Positions 13,435 to 26,351 of a DNA stretch of 64,000 bases are shown one piece after another. Made by a program: the position numbers and the translations under genes. The DNA is from Adineta vaga. Taxonomy: Eukaryota; Animalia; Rotifera. Location: contig CP075495.1 in assembly GCA_021613535.1 (NCBI GenBank), positions 1,364,001 to 1,428,000 on the forward strand. Direction: 5' to 3'. The notes under the pieces were generated by a model. It was given only the letters and a program-made list of their open reading frames with translations, was not told the origin of the DNA and searched no databases. Within the stretch, counting starts at the first letter, position 1. Every line of letters starts with the position of its first letter.

Positions 13435-14371
13435 TTAAATATCATTATCGCGTTTTAGAAATACACCATCTAGTTTTTTTAAAGATTTTATTAACTTTTG
13501 TATAGTTTCTATCCATGCATCTTCACCCTTTTCCCATTCAATATGTAAAGGATTTCCATAGAGAACTAAATCTTCAAGTGTAACAATCGTTGACTAAAAT
13601 CAAACTCAAAATGAATTTGTATGAAGAAAAGAGAATTCACTTACTAAACGACGAATTTCTGACCATTCTTTAATTTGATTATTACTAATATATAAAACCT
13701 AAACAATTCCATTTTGTTTTCTACAAGAATAAATATGAAATCAATAATTTTACTCGAAGTTTTTTCATTGTTAAAATTCCATCGAATCTTTGAATAGAAT
13801 TATATGAAATCCAAAGTTCTTCTAGAGTTTCACTAATCATTTCCTATTCGAGGAAAAAGTAATGAAACTTTTCAAATCAATAAATATTTACTAATGGAAG
13901 AAGATTTGTTAATAAATTTCGACCAAGTGATAAGATTTTCAAATGACCTAAATATGTTCATAGAAAAACTTTCAAAACAATGAAATTCTTTTATTTACGT
14001 AGACCATTAAGATGTGCAATTCTTTCAATTAAATTTGTTGATAATGATAATTTCCTAAAGAATTTTCATTGAAAACAAAATCTTCTTTTTATTTACAAAA
14101 GTTAAACAAACTCGCAACGAAGTAATTTTTCAATAGAACTATCCATTATATTAATCGGAGGATAATGACCATTTAACATCATTTCTTTAGCTTGTTGAGC
14201 TGATTGATTCGTTTGTTTTTCCCATTGAACAATTGCTTCACTTGTAGAAATCGGATGTATAACATCACCTGAGAGATCTCCACCAAATATTGGCACAGAT
14301 CGTGTTTGTTTTTTCGATGCCTAATATACGTTTCTATGAAGTTAAAAGACAACTCATATCAAACTTACCAT
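13435..14371 (-). CDS. DNAL1: Dynein axonemal light chain 1 (LRR), multi-exon with an ATG-only first coding exon
   Basis: Spliced translation gives YPPINIMD...[20 protein letters not shown]...LKILSLGRN...[11 protein letters not shown]...[12 protein letters not shown]...[11 protein letters not shown]...LKKLDG. Confidence 0.88.
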
Positions 14372-14534
14372 CTCTATAATGATAAACTTTATATGAGTTG
14401 TTCTTATCAGAATATAAACCATAAAATAAGTAATGATAAAGACAAGTTTATTTCATAGAACAGTTCAGTTAAACAAATACACGAAAAAAAAGAAGAAACG
14501 TATAACAATAAGAAAAAAAACCAGTGTCTATTTG

Positions 14535-14993
14535 TTAAAAGTTCATAGCGTGCATCGTTGTCCATTGTTTTGCTGTTTCGTTGTATTTTTGTTTATCTGT
14601 TCGATAAATTGTTAAAGCATCTTTATTAAGGCCATGATCTGGATTTGGATCATTTAATAATGAAGATATTGCTATAAGAAGACTACGAACAGTAAATGCA
14701 GGAGACCATTGAGAATGAAGAATATCCAAACATATTTCACCTTTGAGACTAATATTTGGATGATAAATAGGTGTACAAAATTTTACTTTCGGCGGTTTAA
14801 ATGGATAATCAGAAGGAAATTCGATTGCTAATTTAAATCGTCCACCATTGAATGGTGTTTCTTCTGAACCTTGAATCCAACCAACCCAATGTGTCATATT
14901 ATTCGTTGAATCTAGTGGTTGTGCATGACATAATGGTGGTGGACTTTTCTCCATTTCAAGTTGATGATGAATTAAACGTCGTAGAAGTGCCAT
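14535..14993 (-). CDS. Ubiquitin-conjugating enzyme E2 (UBE2D/E-like), intronless
   Basis: FPSDYPFKPPKVKFCTPIYHPNI...GEICLDILHSQWSPA, with catalytic Cys present. Confidence 0.95.
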   Translation of the reverse strand: MALLRRLIHHQLEMEKSPPPLCHAQPLDSTNNMTHWVGWIQGSEETPFNGGRFKLAIEFPSDYPFKPPKVKFCTPIYHPNISLKGEICLDILHSQWSPAFTVRSLLIAISSLLNDPNPDHGLNKDALTIYRTDKQKYNETAKQWTTMHAMNF

Positions 14994-15474
14994 GAGATAA
15001 CTAATATACAGTAAATATGTATAGAAGATGTATCTTTTTCTGATCCAACGATCTTAATTCGATTGAACGTTAAATATACATATATATATACACACGTGTT
15101 GTTCAACGAGTGAGGAAAAAACCCAATATCGATATAGAACCATTGGTCCGAAATTTCGTCTTCGTTTTTTCCCTATTCATATCTTACTGATAGATGATTA
15201 CATCTTTAGAATAATCGTACAAGATTAAGATAAACAATAAAACAATTACAAAAGTTTCATGAGATACCATTATTTCCTAAAAAAAACGAAAAAAAGAAAA
15301 AAAAGATTATATCAATCCTTGAGTGGCATCTATCGAAGAAAAAGAAAAAATATGTATGTTTATATCTTACAGAAATAAATATTGGTCTTCTTTTCACTCG
15401 TGAATCATTCTCTATACATAATAATATGACGTCGTATTCATTTATCGAAATTTTCATCATTCATATATGTAAAG

Positions 15475-16857
15475 ATGAATAATATGTCAAATATAAGTTT
15501 AAAACGTAAATTTGATACATCGAATGAACATAATTCTGTTCCTAATCGTTCACAAGTTTTGAACGATAAATTATCTCGTCGTCCCGATCGTCATCAATTA
15601 GTTGAACAAGGCATTTTACATGATTCACATTGTGCACCAAGTCTTCAACATGCTGAACATGCTCTCAAACGAGCACGTCTTGTTGATGAATTAAATAGTC
15701 GTCTATTGAATCGACCTGGTCCTTTAGACTTAATTCAACATAATATTTTACATATCGACACACCAGAACATCCTAATTTAGAACAAGCTATTCAAGGTAA
15801 ATAGTATAAGAATAAAAAAGAAATTTCCATCTCGTATTTACATTTTAGGTGGACAAATTCCATTTAAAAAAGCTTCCAGTCATCGTTCATTGATATTTCA
15901 TGAATATACTGGTTCTCCATCATCATGTAAACCAAAAGTAACAAAAGTTGATTCACTTTCTTCAACATCCAATGCTCATCACATTCGACTAGCACAACAA
16001 CAGCTTCTTCTCGAATTAACAGCAAATAAACAAGATGAACAAACGATAATTTTACCTAAAAAATCCGTCGATCAAATGACATTGATCGAACTACGAGAAT
16101 TATGTAAACAATATCAAATTCCTTCATCACATATGAATAAAACTAAATTAATCGAACGAATTAAACAAGTACAAAATAAAATTCATAATCAAAGTAATTT
16201 TCATGAAAATTTTCTTCATCTATTAAAGAATGACATGAGTATATTCGTTGAGTAGTAACATCGGTCCTATGGTCTAGCGGTTAGGACATTGGACTCTGAA
16301 TCCAGGAGCCCCAGTTCAAATCTGGGTAGGACCTTTTTTTTCTTCTTCTTCTTTCCTTTTCATACAACGAAGAAAAAACAGTGTCGATATTCTGTTCTCT
16401 TTCTTCTCATTCTGTTCCTACTGAAAAGCAAAATTTTTCTCTCTATTTAGATGTATCCATTACAGAAACAGATGTAAATGAATTATCTAATGCTGATATT
16501 ATCGCTTCTTTACAAATCTCGGATTTAAATGATGACGTACAAATAACTTTAACAAATTCGGAATTAGATGAAATTCTTCAAACAATTCCTATTAATCAAC
16601 CAACACAATTTGATATACAAAATCTTTTATTTGATTCACCAATGATCAATAATGATGATCTTTTTGTTGAAATGTTATTGAATAGTGATTATTCATCTGA
16701 ATCTACAACTGATGATCTTCTTTTTTCTGATCTTTTACCAATACCATCACCAAATCTTCCACGTATAACAAGTGTTGATGAATTCGATGCATTCTTACGT
16801 GATTTTACTTTCAATTTTTCATCACATCAAACAGAAGTTTTAACACCTATCAGTTAA
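15475..16857 (+). CDS. MRTF: Myocardin/MRTF-like protein (RPEL repeats, SAP domain, acidic tail); exons 15475-15796, 15849-16238, 16451-16857
   Basis: RPEL repeats (LSRRPDRHQLVEQGIL; LLNRPGPLDLIQHNIL), IFHEYTG basic-box motif, SAP-like MTLIELRELCKQYQIPSS.NKTKLIERI. Splice phases are compatible. Confidence 0.82.
16263..16334 (+). tRNA. tRNA-Gln-CTG: tRNA-Gln (anticodon CTG), inside intron 2 of the MRTF-like gene
   Basis: 72-nt cloverleaf: GGTCCTA/TAGGACC acceptor stem, TTGGA-CTCTGAA-TCCAG anticodon arm, GTTCAAATC T-loop, followed by a poly-T Pol III terminator. Confidence 0.96.
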
Positions 16858-17109
16858 TCCTCACTATAAATATATATATACATATTTTTCATCTTGTTTT
16901 CTTTTTTTTTCTTTGGCGAACAAAACCAATTCAATAACCTATAATATATATATATTTTTTCTTTCTTTCTTAATTATATAAATATTATTTTACATTTATG
17001 TTTCTATTCAATGAATCTATATACAATACAATTCTAAAGAATCTTATAAGGAAGACAAAACTCCTAATATCACTTATTTTAGATGTGATATAGATTAGTA
17101 GAAAAAAGT

Positions 17110-18057
17110 ATGTTTACACATTTCGAAGATCTTCCGAATGAATTATTTATTTATTTATTTACTAATTATTTTCATGGTGTACAATTATATAATATTTTCT
17201 ATGGATTAAATATACGTTTGAATTATTTATTGAAATCATTGAATAAAATTCATCTTCGTCTTGAAAATTCAACTGATGATCAATGTATTGATTTATTTTC
17301 AACTAATATAATAAGTTTATTTATTAATTCTCAACATAAAAGTATTCATTTCATTCCATTACTTATTAATATTTGTGCAATAACATTAATTGATCCAACA
17401 ATTATTCAAATTATGAATTTATTAGAAATTAGTAAACATTTACAATATATTTCAATTCGATGGTCAAATCTTAATGAAATTAATTTAATGAGTGTACGAA
17501 TATTTTATGAATTGATTTTCAGTGCTAATGCATCAAATAATCTTCGTTCATGTCGATTGTATTTACCGGAAAGTCATTCATATTATTTAGAACCAAAACA
17601 TTGTACATTACCATTATTACATACAATCTATGTACAAATATCACAACCATTAGCTGATTTTCGACGAATATTACGTTTATGTCCAAATTTACATCGACTT
17701 GAAATTGAACTTATTGATTTTACTGATGAAATCATGATTCTTTGTAATTATCAAGAACATATACATATTCGACGATTTCATATTCATAATTTAACATCAC
17801 TTAATGTTTTCAATATCTATATTGGATATTTACCAAATGTAGAAAATTTATACATATCAATGAATATTCCATTGGATACATTAGAATTTTTCAAACAACT
17901 TTCACAATCAATTCATCGTATCGATCGTTTAAAAGAATTTCATTGTCGTTTATCTACTAAATTTCGAACTTGTAATGATGATAAATTAGAAATATTTAAA
18001 GAATTTAATCCTTTTTTTGCACAAATTCATTTGGAATATGAAGATTATGTTCAATAA
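17110..18057 (+). CDS. F-box-like plus LRR-like protein (lineage-expanded family), intronless
   Basis: N-terminal FEDLPNELFIYLF...LNIRLNYLL F-box-like motif followed by Leu-rich repeats. Confidence 0.78.
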   Translation: MFTHFEDLPNELFIYLFTNYFHGVQLYNIFYGLNIRLNYLLKSLNKIHLRLENSTDDQCIDLFSTNIISLFINSQHKSIHFIPLLINICAITLIDPTIIQIMNLLEISKHLQYISIRWSNLNEINLMSVRIFYELIFSANASNNLRSCRLYLPESHSYYLEPKHCTLPLLHTIYVQISQPLADFRRILRLCPNLHRLEIELIDFTDEIMILCNYQEHIHIRRFHIHNLTSLNVFNIYIGYLPNVENLYISMNIPLDTLEFFKQLSQSIHRIDRLKEFHCRLSTKFRTCNDDKLEIFKEFNPFFAQIHLEYEDYVQ

Positions 18058-18097
18058 ATAAGTATATTTGATTTCATTGTAGATTTTCATTATTTCA

Positions 18098-21000
18098 ATG
18101 CCTTCACGTGCAAAAAAGATTCTTTCACCTATACCGGTTATTCCGAATGGTCAACAAAATGTTACAGATATGATTAGACAGGTAAGATTCATTTGAAAAA
18201 AACAATCGATTTAATCTCAATTTTTAGAGTCAATCTATACTTTCTTCGTCGGATCAAGATGCAATTGAATCATTATGTGAACAAATGATTGATCTTTTAA
18301 TTGTTTCATCATCGACAGATCCTCCAAATACATCGTTAAGAAAATGTGTTGTTAAGTAAGATATTGATTGAATAAAACAGAAGAGTAAAATAGTTCACTT
18401 TTTTTCTTATAGAGGTTTTTCTCATTTACAAGAAAATCAATATGATTGTGTACTTGATCAATCTACGAAACATTTACGTGAATTTTTCAATCGTCAAGGC
18501 AAAGAACATCGAATTGAATATACTTCCATGTTGAATTATCTAATCGAAAATTTTCCATTTGGTAATCTTGATCTTATTTTCACGGGATTTTTTTCTATAA
18601 TAATTCTTCGAATATTTTAGGTTTAGCTTGTGTTTTAAAAATGAAAGATACAAGTAAATTCTTTCCTTAATTCTAAAGAATAATTAAGAATTGTTTAACG
18701 TCTAGTCTCGGATCAATTGATTACAATCGGTGAAGAACTTTGGTCGGATATTCAGTAACTATTTTTTTGCTTTTTTTTACAGTAGAAAATTCATGTTATG
18801 TTTTTATTAGATCAACTAATGTTCCTCATCATCGATTTAACTTATTTCAACAACTTCAATATTATTTAAAAGTGGTCGTTTTTCTTCTTCCAAAATTTCA
18901 TAATGAATTGGAACGTGATGGTGTTATTTCTCGAATAATTCATCAAATGTTAAATGATGGTTTGTATACAGAATAAACAAAAAATAAAATATCAATTAAT
19001 TCTTTCTTTAGAGAATACGGTGACTTTAGAAATTCGTTTGACATGTTCATTAGTTTGGCATTTGTTGAAAGAGAATGAACAATTACTTCCACATGAAAAA
19101 GTAAATTATTAATTTCTTGAAAATAATCATTTGAAATTTAAGTTTATTTAGTTAAATCGAATGAAAAAAATCACTCCTGTAATCATGTCTCGATTAGCTT
19201 TGTATTTTGGTTTGATTAAAACAACAATGACAAATCAATTACGTGATACGAGTTTTTTCCTTCAATTACTCGAAGATATTCTTGCTTTCAAAACGTACAT
19301 TATTCTTTCAATCTTTCCGTTTTCTTGTCTAATCAATTGCTTCTCTTTTTTTTTTGTTCATAGACGTGAGGCAACGATTATGGTTGGAATATCGAAAGCA
19401 TTGGAAACATATTCTGAAGCATTAACGTATGTGCAATTGACTTTGAACAACAAAACAAAATACATATATCAATTTTTCTTTTTCATAGTTCATCATGGTC
19501 TAGTTTGGATACAATATCATTAGAAAATATCGCAAAACAATTGTTAACTTTTGCTTGGGATCATTTTAGTTACAATGTTGAAGTAAGAATTAAGATTTGA
19601 ATAGAGAAATTCTAGAAAAATTTTCTTCTATTTTAGACAGTACGACATTGTTCAACAAATATCTATTCAAATACTTTCAAGATAACGATGAATCATAGTA
19701 AGTTCATTTGATATAAGAAATCGAAAGAAAATCAATTGATTATATTTAGGTGATCTTCGTCAAACAATGATTGATTCTCAATTAACATTATTAAAACAAC
19801 TTCCATGGCAAAAAGATGGTTGTTCATTAGCTTATCATACTCTACTAGAATATCTATCCGTTAGTGATATTCTTCAATGGAATTCTAAACTACCAGAATC
19901 ATGTTTGATGGCAATGAATGATCGAGGATTAGCATCCGAAGTATGTTTCATATTGTTATGAAATAAATTATTATTATCAACGAATTTATATTCTAGGCAA
20001 GTTATCTCTATTGTGTCTTATGTCATAAACATCATGAAGAAGAAAATTCGAAAGATAAATGGAAACAAATTTGGTTAAAACCAGTTGTTCAAGCACTTGA
20101 TACATCAACACCATTGCATCGATCTCTTATTGCTGAAGTAAAGTATGAATTGTATGTCTTCTCAAAGTAAATTCCATTCTTTAGTATATTCTACCAAAAA
20201 TTCTCAAATCTCATCCAGAATGTTTACAAGATTTCAAGGAAATAACAAGTAAGCAAAGAAAAGGATTTTGTTTATTTAAAAATATCTTTCTTTCATTAAT
20301 TTAGTCAATCCTCGAACAATAATTGTTTGTACACGTATTGGTCGAACTTTAGGTTTATGTCCAAATATGTTCTCATCAGCATCATCATCGATTGAGTATG
20401 ATTTAATTCGTCAAGGAATAACAAGTGAAGATGAACAAGTAAATTTAGAAAATTCTATTCATTTATAATAATCTTTTATTAGATTCGTCTCGATTGTTTA
20501 TTTATTCTTTGTGAAAATCCTAAAACAACAGAACCTATCAATGAAGTCGAATTTCACTTAACTAAATATTTTCTTCAAATGAATATTGATAATGGTTCAA
20601 CATCATTTAGAAATCAATCTCTTTCTTTACTTAAAAAAGTATTTTCGAAAAAAAGGAAAAACGAAAACATTAGTAAATTTCTTCATTGATCTTTATTTAG
20701 CATTTCATTCGTATAAAAGAGAGTTGGCTATTATGTGCAAGACAAAAACTGAAAAATAATGATCAAGATTTCGATAATCTAACACAACGATATCGAGTAT
20801 GAAAAGAAAACACTATTTCAACTTTTTCAAAATCATATTTCTTATTAAGATTTATTTGAAATGGGTTATAAATTGGTGTTGTACGCATTTATATTTGGAA
20901 GGATCTTATGCTCAACGTCATTTAGCTATATTAACACTTCATTGGTTAATTCATTTACATGGAGCTGATGGAATTCAAACTGTCTGTCGTAAGTTAAAAC

Positions 21001-24000
21001 TCATTTGATTGTTTTTATTTCAACTAAAACAAAATACAATATATGTGTTTATTCTTGTAAATAGAACGATCTAAACTCTATGATTTTCATGAACTACTTA
21101 ATGAAGATTCAATGGAGTTTTTGTTTAATTGTTTATGGGATACATATGAAGATATTCGACAATATTGTTTAGAAATCTTAATTAAATTGAACGTAAGTTT
21201 TCATTTCTTTGATAGATAATCCATTTAGCTAAAGATTGAATCGTTTCTTTGGCATAAATTTGTTTGAATAATTGTTCGGGAATAGAATTATACAAAGCTG
21301 TACTAACTTGAAGATAAAGTGTTAGAAGAATTGTTTCATCAGAATCATAAGGATTAAGATATTGACATTCTTGTCGATGAATTTGTTTTCTTTCTAATGC
21401 ATATTGAATTCCTTGTTCAAGATTATCATTATCATTTGTGAGTAAATCAATTAATTCGAAAAATGTTTTCGTTATTAAATCGTTTGAATTCGATTTTACT
21501 TGAATTGATTTGAGAATCTTCTCTTTTGACCATCCATTTAACGTATTAACAAGTAATTCAATATATGCAATGATTATATTCGTAGGTGCTTTTGTTCCAA
21601 ACATTCGTTTAACACAATCTTCAATGATTTCTATACGTTTTATTGATGAATGTTTCGAATAAAAATATGCAATCGGTGATAATCGAAGTAATGATGATGG
21701 AGTTGCATGAAGTGTTGAAGTTTTTCTTTCCATATCAACTTGAATACCTAAAGCATGAGCCGCTTGAGTTTCACCAAATAAATCAATCGATTTTTTCAAA
21801 TGAACACGTGGAGTAAAACAATGACCAGTAGGACACATGTATCTAAAAGATTTCATATTGAATTTCTCTAAATTAAAATATGAAAATTCTATACCCATTC
21901 ATCCACCAATGAAAAAATCTTTGTAATAAATGATCTTGTGAATATTCACCATGATGTGCTAGACTTGCAAGAAAACATAAAGTTAATGATACATCATCCG
22001 ACCAAACTAAAACTAAATCATCTTGTTCAGTAAATTCTTTTTCCATTTCAATATGTTCCAAAATATAAGGATCGATTTCATGTTTTAATAAACCATCTCC
22101 TATTGTCATGGCATACATTGATAATAACAATCGATTGTAATCATCATTCTCTTCAATTAGTGGTGGATCGATTGGTGACATTTTACTCGGTCGAACACCT
22201 AATTCAATCATCCAATCTTTTTCTGAACATTCTAATGACATATGTTCCATTTCTTTTGTCTTAACTCGCCTATCTGAAATTAGAAGACGAAGGGAAAAAA
22301 AAACACGAGTTACAGTGACTTCAAACGAAAGAAAAACAAATGACTATGTGAAAAAGAATACCTTGAAGCGATAAGCAAATATTTCTTTCTTTTCTCATAG
22401 AATGTTACCAATGAAAAAATTGACCTTCGTATTCGCACATTATTCGATCGAATTTTACAATTATTATCCAGTACACAACCACCTGAAACAGCAAGTGGTT
22501 CTACACTTGTACAATGTATTGCTCAAATCAATCTAAAAAATCTTCCAGAATTAATCAATAATGATCAAAATAAACAACAAGATCAAATACATTTATTAAT
22601 TCATCATATTGCGAAAAGATTAGATAATGAAGTTAAACAAGCAAAAATTAATTTATATCATGCAGCTAAAAATGGACCCATGTATGGATGTTTAAGTGGA
22701 ATCAATGCATTGCTAACTATTATTCAAAGTGATAAGTAAATACATAATTTTTATGAAATAAAACATGAAAGGAATATTTGTTTATGTTAAGATATGAAAA
22801 TCAAGAAGAAATAGAACAATGGAGATCATTATTTGCTCATTTGATTGAAATTTGTTTAGAAATTGCATCATTAACTGGTCCAATTGTGAGTTCATCATCA
22901 CCCGAAGGAATGATGCCGATGGAACTAACTGATAGTTTGTGATTTACATAGTTAATTTTTCAATACGATCTATTTTTAGTTAGTGATAAAGTTGAAGATG
23001 AAAATTTAAATGGACAAGTGACATCTCAAATGTTATTGGTTTGTTGTTGGAGAACAATCAAAGAAATATCTTTATTATTCAGTCGATTGGGACAACTTGG
23101 TATAAAATTTATCGAAAATAAAGATCGATATAAATTCATTAGTTTAAATCAAGTAAATAATTCATTTTAATGAGAAATCTTCGATTGAATATGTATATTT
23201 CATTCAGGTTCATGTGATATGTAATTATTTTATGGAACAATTATTAAAATCACGTCATTGTGGAGCATATGAATTAGCATATACAGGTTTTGTCATTATG
23301 TGTGAACAACTTTGGAGGTAATGATGAATTTTTATTGAAGAAAAAGAAGAAAAAAAGCGACTTCATTTTTGTTTAGTTCAAATTGCAGTGAATTATGTAA
23401 TTTACCAGTTGAATGGATTGAAAATGGAATTAAAATGGTTGAAGAAAATAGTCTCGATCGAAATAAATTATGTTTAACACGACGATCCGGTGGTTTACCT
23501 TTTTATCTACAATCGATTTTAACTGATGAACCCATTAAACAACGAGGACAACAACGAACTTATGTTGCAAAATTAATGGAAACTCTTTTAAACATTATCG
23601 AAAATGATCCGGATACATTCGAAGTTGATGGAGAAAATTTAGAAAATAGTCGAAAGGTGTTATATTCATAGAAAAAAAAGCGTTTCTTTTATCTCTCTTT
23701 TCTTCATATAGATTCATGCATACAATACAGCACGATCATTTTATCGTAATCAACGATTTGCTAATGATGTTTTACCTTATATTGAACGTGGTCTTCATCT
23801 ATCAATTACTGGTTTTACGTCTTCGATATGGATGATACGAAATAGTGCAACATTACTTTTATCAACGATTGTTCAACGCATTTTTGGTCCATCGAAAACA
23901 AAAGATGGAGAAGATAATCTATCCAAGAAGAATAGTATGACTTCAAGAGAATTTTTCAATAAATATCCATCATTATTTCATCTTTTCTATCAACAATTAC

Positions 24001-26075
24001 AACAAACAACAAGGTTAGCATTTTAATTTCGAAATATTCTCATACTTCTTTCAATTTCTCTGTATTTTCTTTTCAGTACGCGTTCATCAATTGAATCGTT
24101 ATCTTCATCATGTTTATTTGCCATCCTTTTAATTCTTCGTCGACTTTATCCAAGTCCATTAGATGGTATTGATTGTTCATTAACATTAGATAAACTTTTA
24201 CCATTTGTTATCAAGTAAAAATCTATCCATCTGAAAATACGTTTTTCTGTATAAATCTATTCGAAATAGATGTGAAGAATCACCCTTATTACGTATACGT
24301 GAACATTCATCGAAAGCTCTATTAGCTTTGATTAATCATGATCAATATTCTAGTCTTATTCATCAACAAATCAAACAATTAATGAAAGGAAAAGTTCGAC
24401 AAAATGCACTTCATGGTCGTTTACTTCAAGTATGATCTGAATGATAAACTTGTTTCTAATAGATCAATTTCTTTTTGCTTTAGATCAATGCAATATTTCA
24501 ATCGATGAATAAACATCATCTTCAATTCAATTTCGAACCAACATTCAGCTTACAACAAATGCTTTCATCATTACAATGGTGTATCTATGAGTTCGTTTTT
24601 GAAATCAATACTTTCATTGTTTGAATCTAAATTTTTAGTAATAATTGTTCGCTAACACAATATTGTTATTTGGAATTACTCTACAATATTTATTGTCAAG
24701 TTCCTTCGAATGAATTGACGAATAGTATCAATACATATGTGAATTTTATCTTGAAATCAGGTGATAAAGTCACGATTGGTGGTGATGATTTAACTCGAAT
24801 TCTAACACGTTTAATGATTCGATTGGAAAATGTTCAAGTTCAATTTCAACTCTTTCTGTTTGTTGAACAAACTCAAACAGAATTATGTTTAGTTGAAACA
24901 TTTCTATTAGAAAATCATTTCTCTTTATTTGAAAATAATCTTCGACAATGGATTGTTGATTTATTATTAACAATGGATTTATTTAATGAACAACTTTATA
25001 CAAGAGCATGTGAATTACTTTTGAAAATGATTGATAAAACAAATAATTATGAACGATTAACAAGACGTATTGTTGAATTAATTGAAAATTTACGACGGTA
25101 AAAAGAATACTTTTTCTCTCATATTAATTCATTTTCTTTTTCTTAGTCCGATGAGTTTAGCCGCAAGTTTTAATTTAATTGGCGAATTATTACCATTGTG
25201 TTCATCATCATCGAATAATGAAGAAGATCTTGTTAAACTTGTTTATGATCGAATCAATGATTTTATTGATGATGAAAGTAATGATGAATGTGCTTGTGCT
25301 ATTCTTAATCTTCTTAGTAAAGCACGATCATGTTTATACAACTCATCTAATGGTAAGAGAAATTCAAATAGAATTGAGTTCTAATTTCTTCTTTTTAGTG
25401 GAAAGTAAATGTCGATATTGGAGATTGATATTAAAACTTTCTTCATTTCCATCTGATGTTGTTCGAGAAACATTAACCAAACTAATGCCATTGATTATAG
25501 TTGATGAACGTCTTTCAGGTGTCTTTGGTGCTAATTGTTATTTGACACAAAATGTTCTTTTTGAATATTTTACTCAAGATGCTTTAGTACATTCAACGAG
25601 TGATCTATTTGTTAATCTTATTATTGAATTATTTACTGATCTATTGAATGATATACATTCCAATGCTGACGACGATGATGGTGGTAATAATAGTGAAGAA
25701 TTAAGTTTAGATCGTCGGTTATGGCCAGCATCAGAAGGATACAATAATGTATTTGTATCTGAAAATGAAACTTGTGATCATTATTGTGCACGTTATGGTC
25801 AATATTTACTTTATTCATTAGAAAAAATTTACGAAAAATCTTCACATGAAAATCTAAATAAAACTATTGACATGATTCGTGATCAATGCAATCGATTGAT
25901 TGATATTCAATTGGAAGCGTTTAATCGATTTTTAATTCGACAACGATCAACAGTGAGATTGAATTTAATGATTGAATTTCTTCGTGTGACAAAATCATTC
26001 CAAGGAGTTCATGTCGAAAAAATACCGCAATCATGGTTATGTGATAATCAAGACAAAATAGTTTCGTTGATTTAA
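18098..26075 (+). CDS. THADA: THADA / Trm732 homologue (ARM repeats, DUF2428), many short exons
   Basis: Spliced motifs SSSPEG, QMLLVCCWRTIKEISLLF, LLKSRHCGAYELAYTGF, LTRRSGGLPF, IHAYN..RSFYR, WMIRNSATLLLSTIVQRIFG and EFFNKYPSL. First exon 18098-18181. Confidence 0.92.
21182..22250 (-). CDS. ADP-ribosylglycohydrolase-like protein with degenerate motifs, nested antisense in a THADA intron (possible extra 5' exon up to 22398)
   Basis: Intron 21894-21843 joins two ORFs to give MTIGDGL...WSDDVSLTLCFLASL...LQRFFHWWMNGYMCPTGHCF...SSLLRLSPIAYFY, the ARH/DraG pattern. Confidence 0.8.
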
Positions 26076-26351
26076 TTGTTACATCAAGTTTTGTTCTATT
26101 TTGTTTTTTGGCATAATAAAAAAAAAGAAACTAAGTTTATATTAATAAATTTGATTTATTTAATTGAACTTGAACATACAAAATCCGAAAAACCTCGTCC
26201 TTGCATTTCACAAACGATAATTTTTTTCTAAAACAGAATTAGATTAATAAAAATATTGTAGTTTAATGTTAAATCAGATTCTAAAACAAGAACAACTCCA
26301 TCACTTCTCTTTCAGCTACACTTTCAAATGAAGAGAACTAAAACAAATTAT

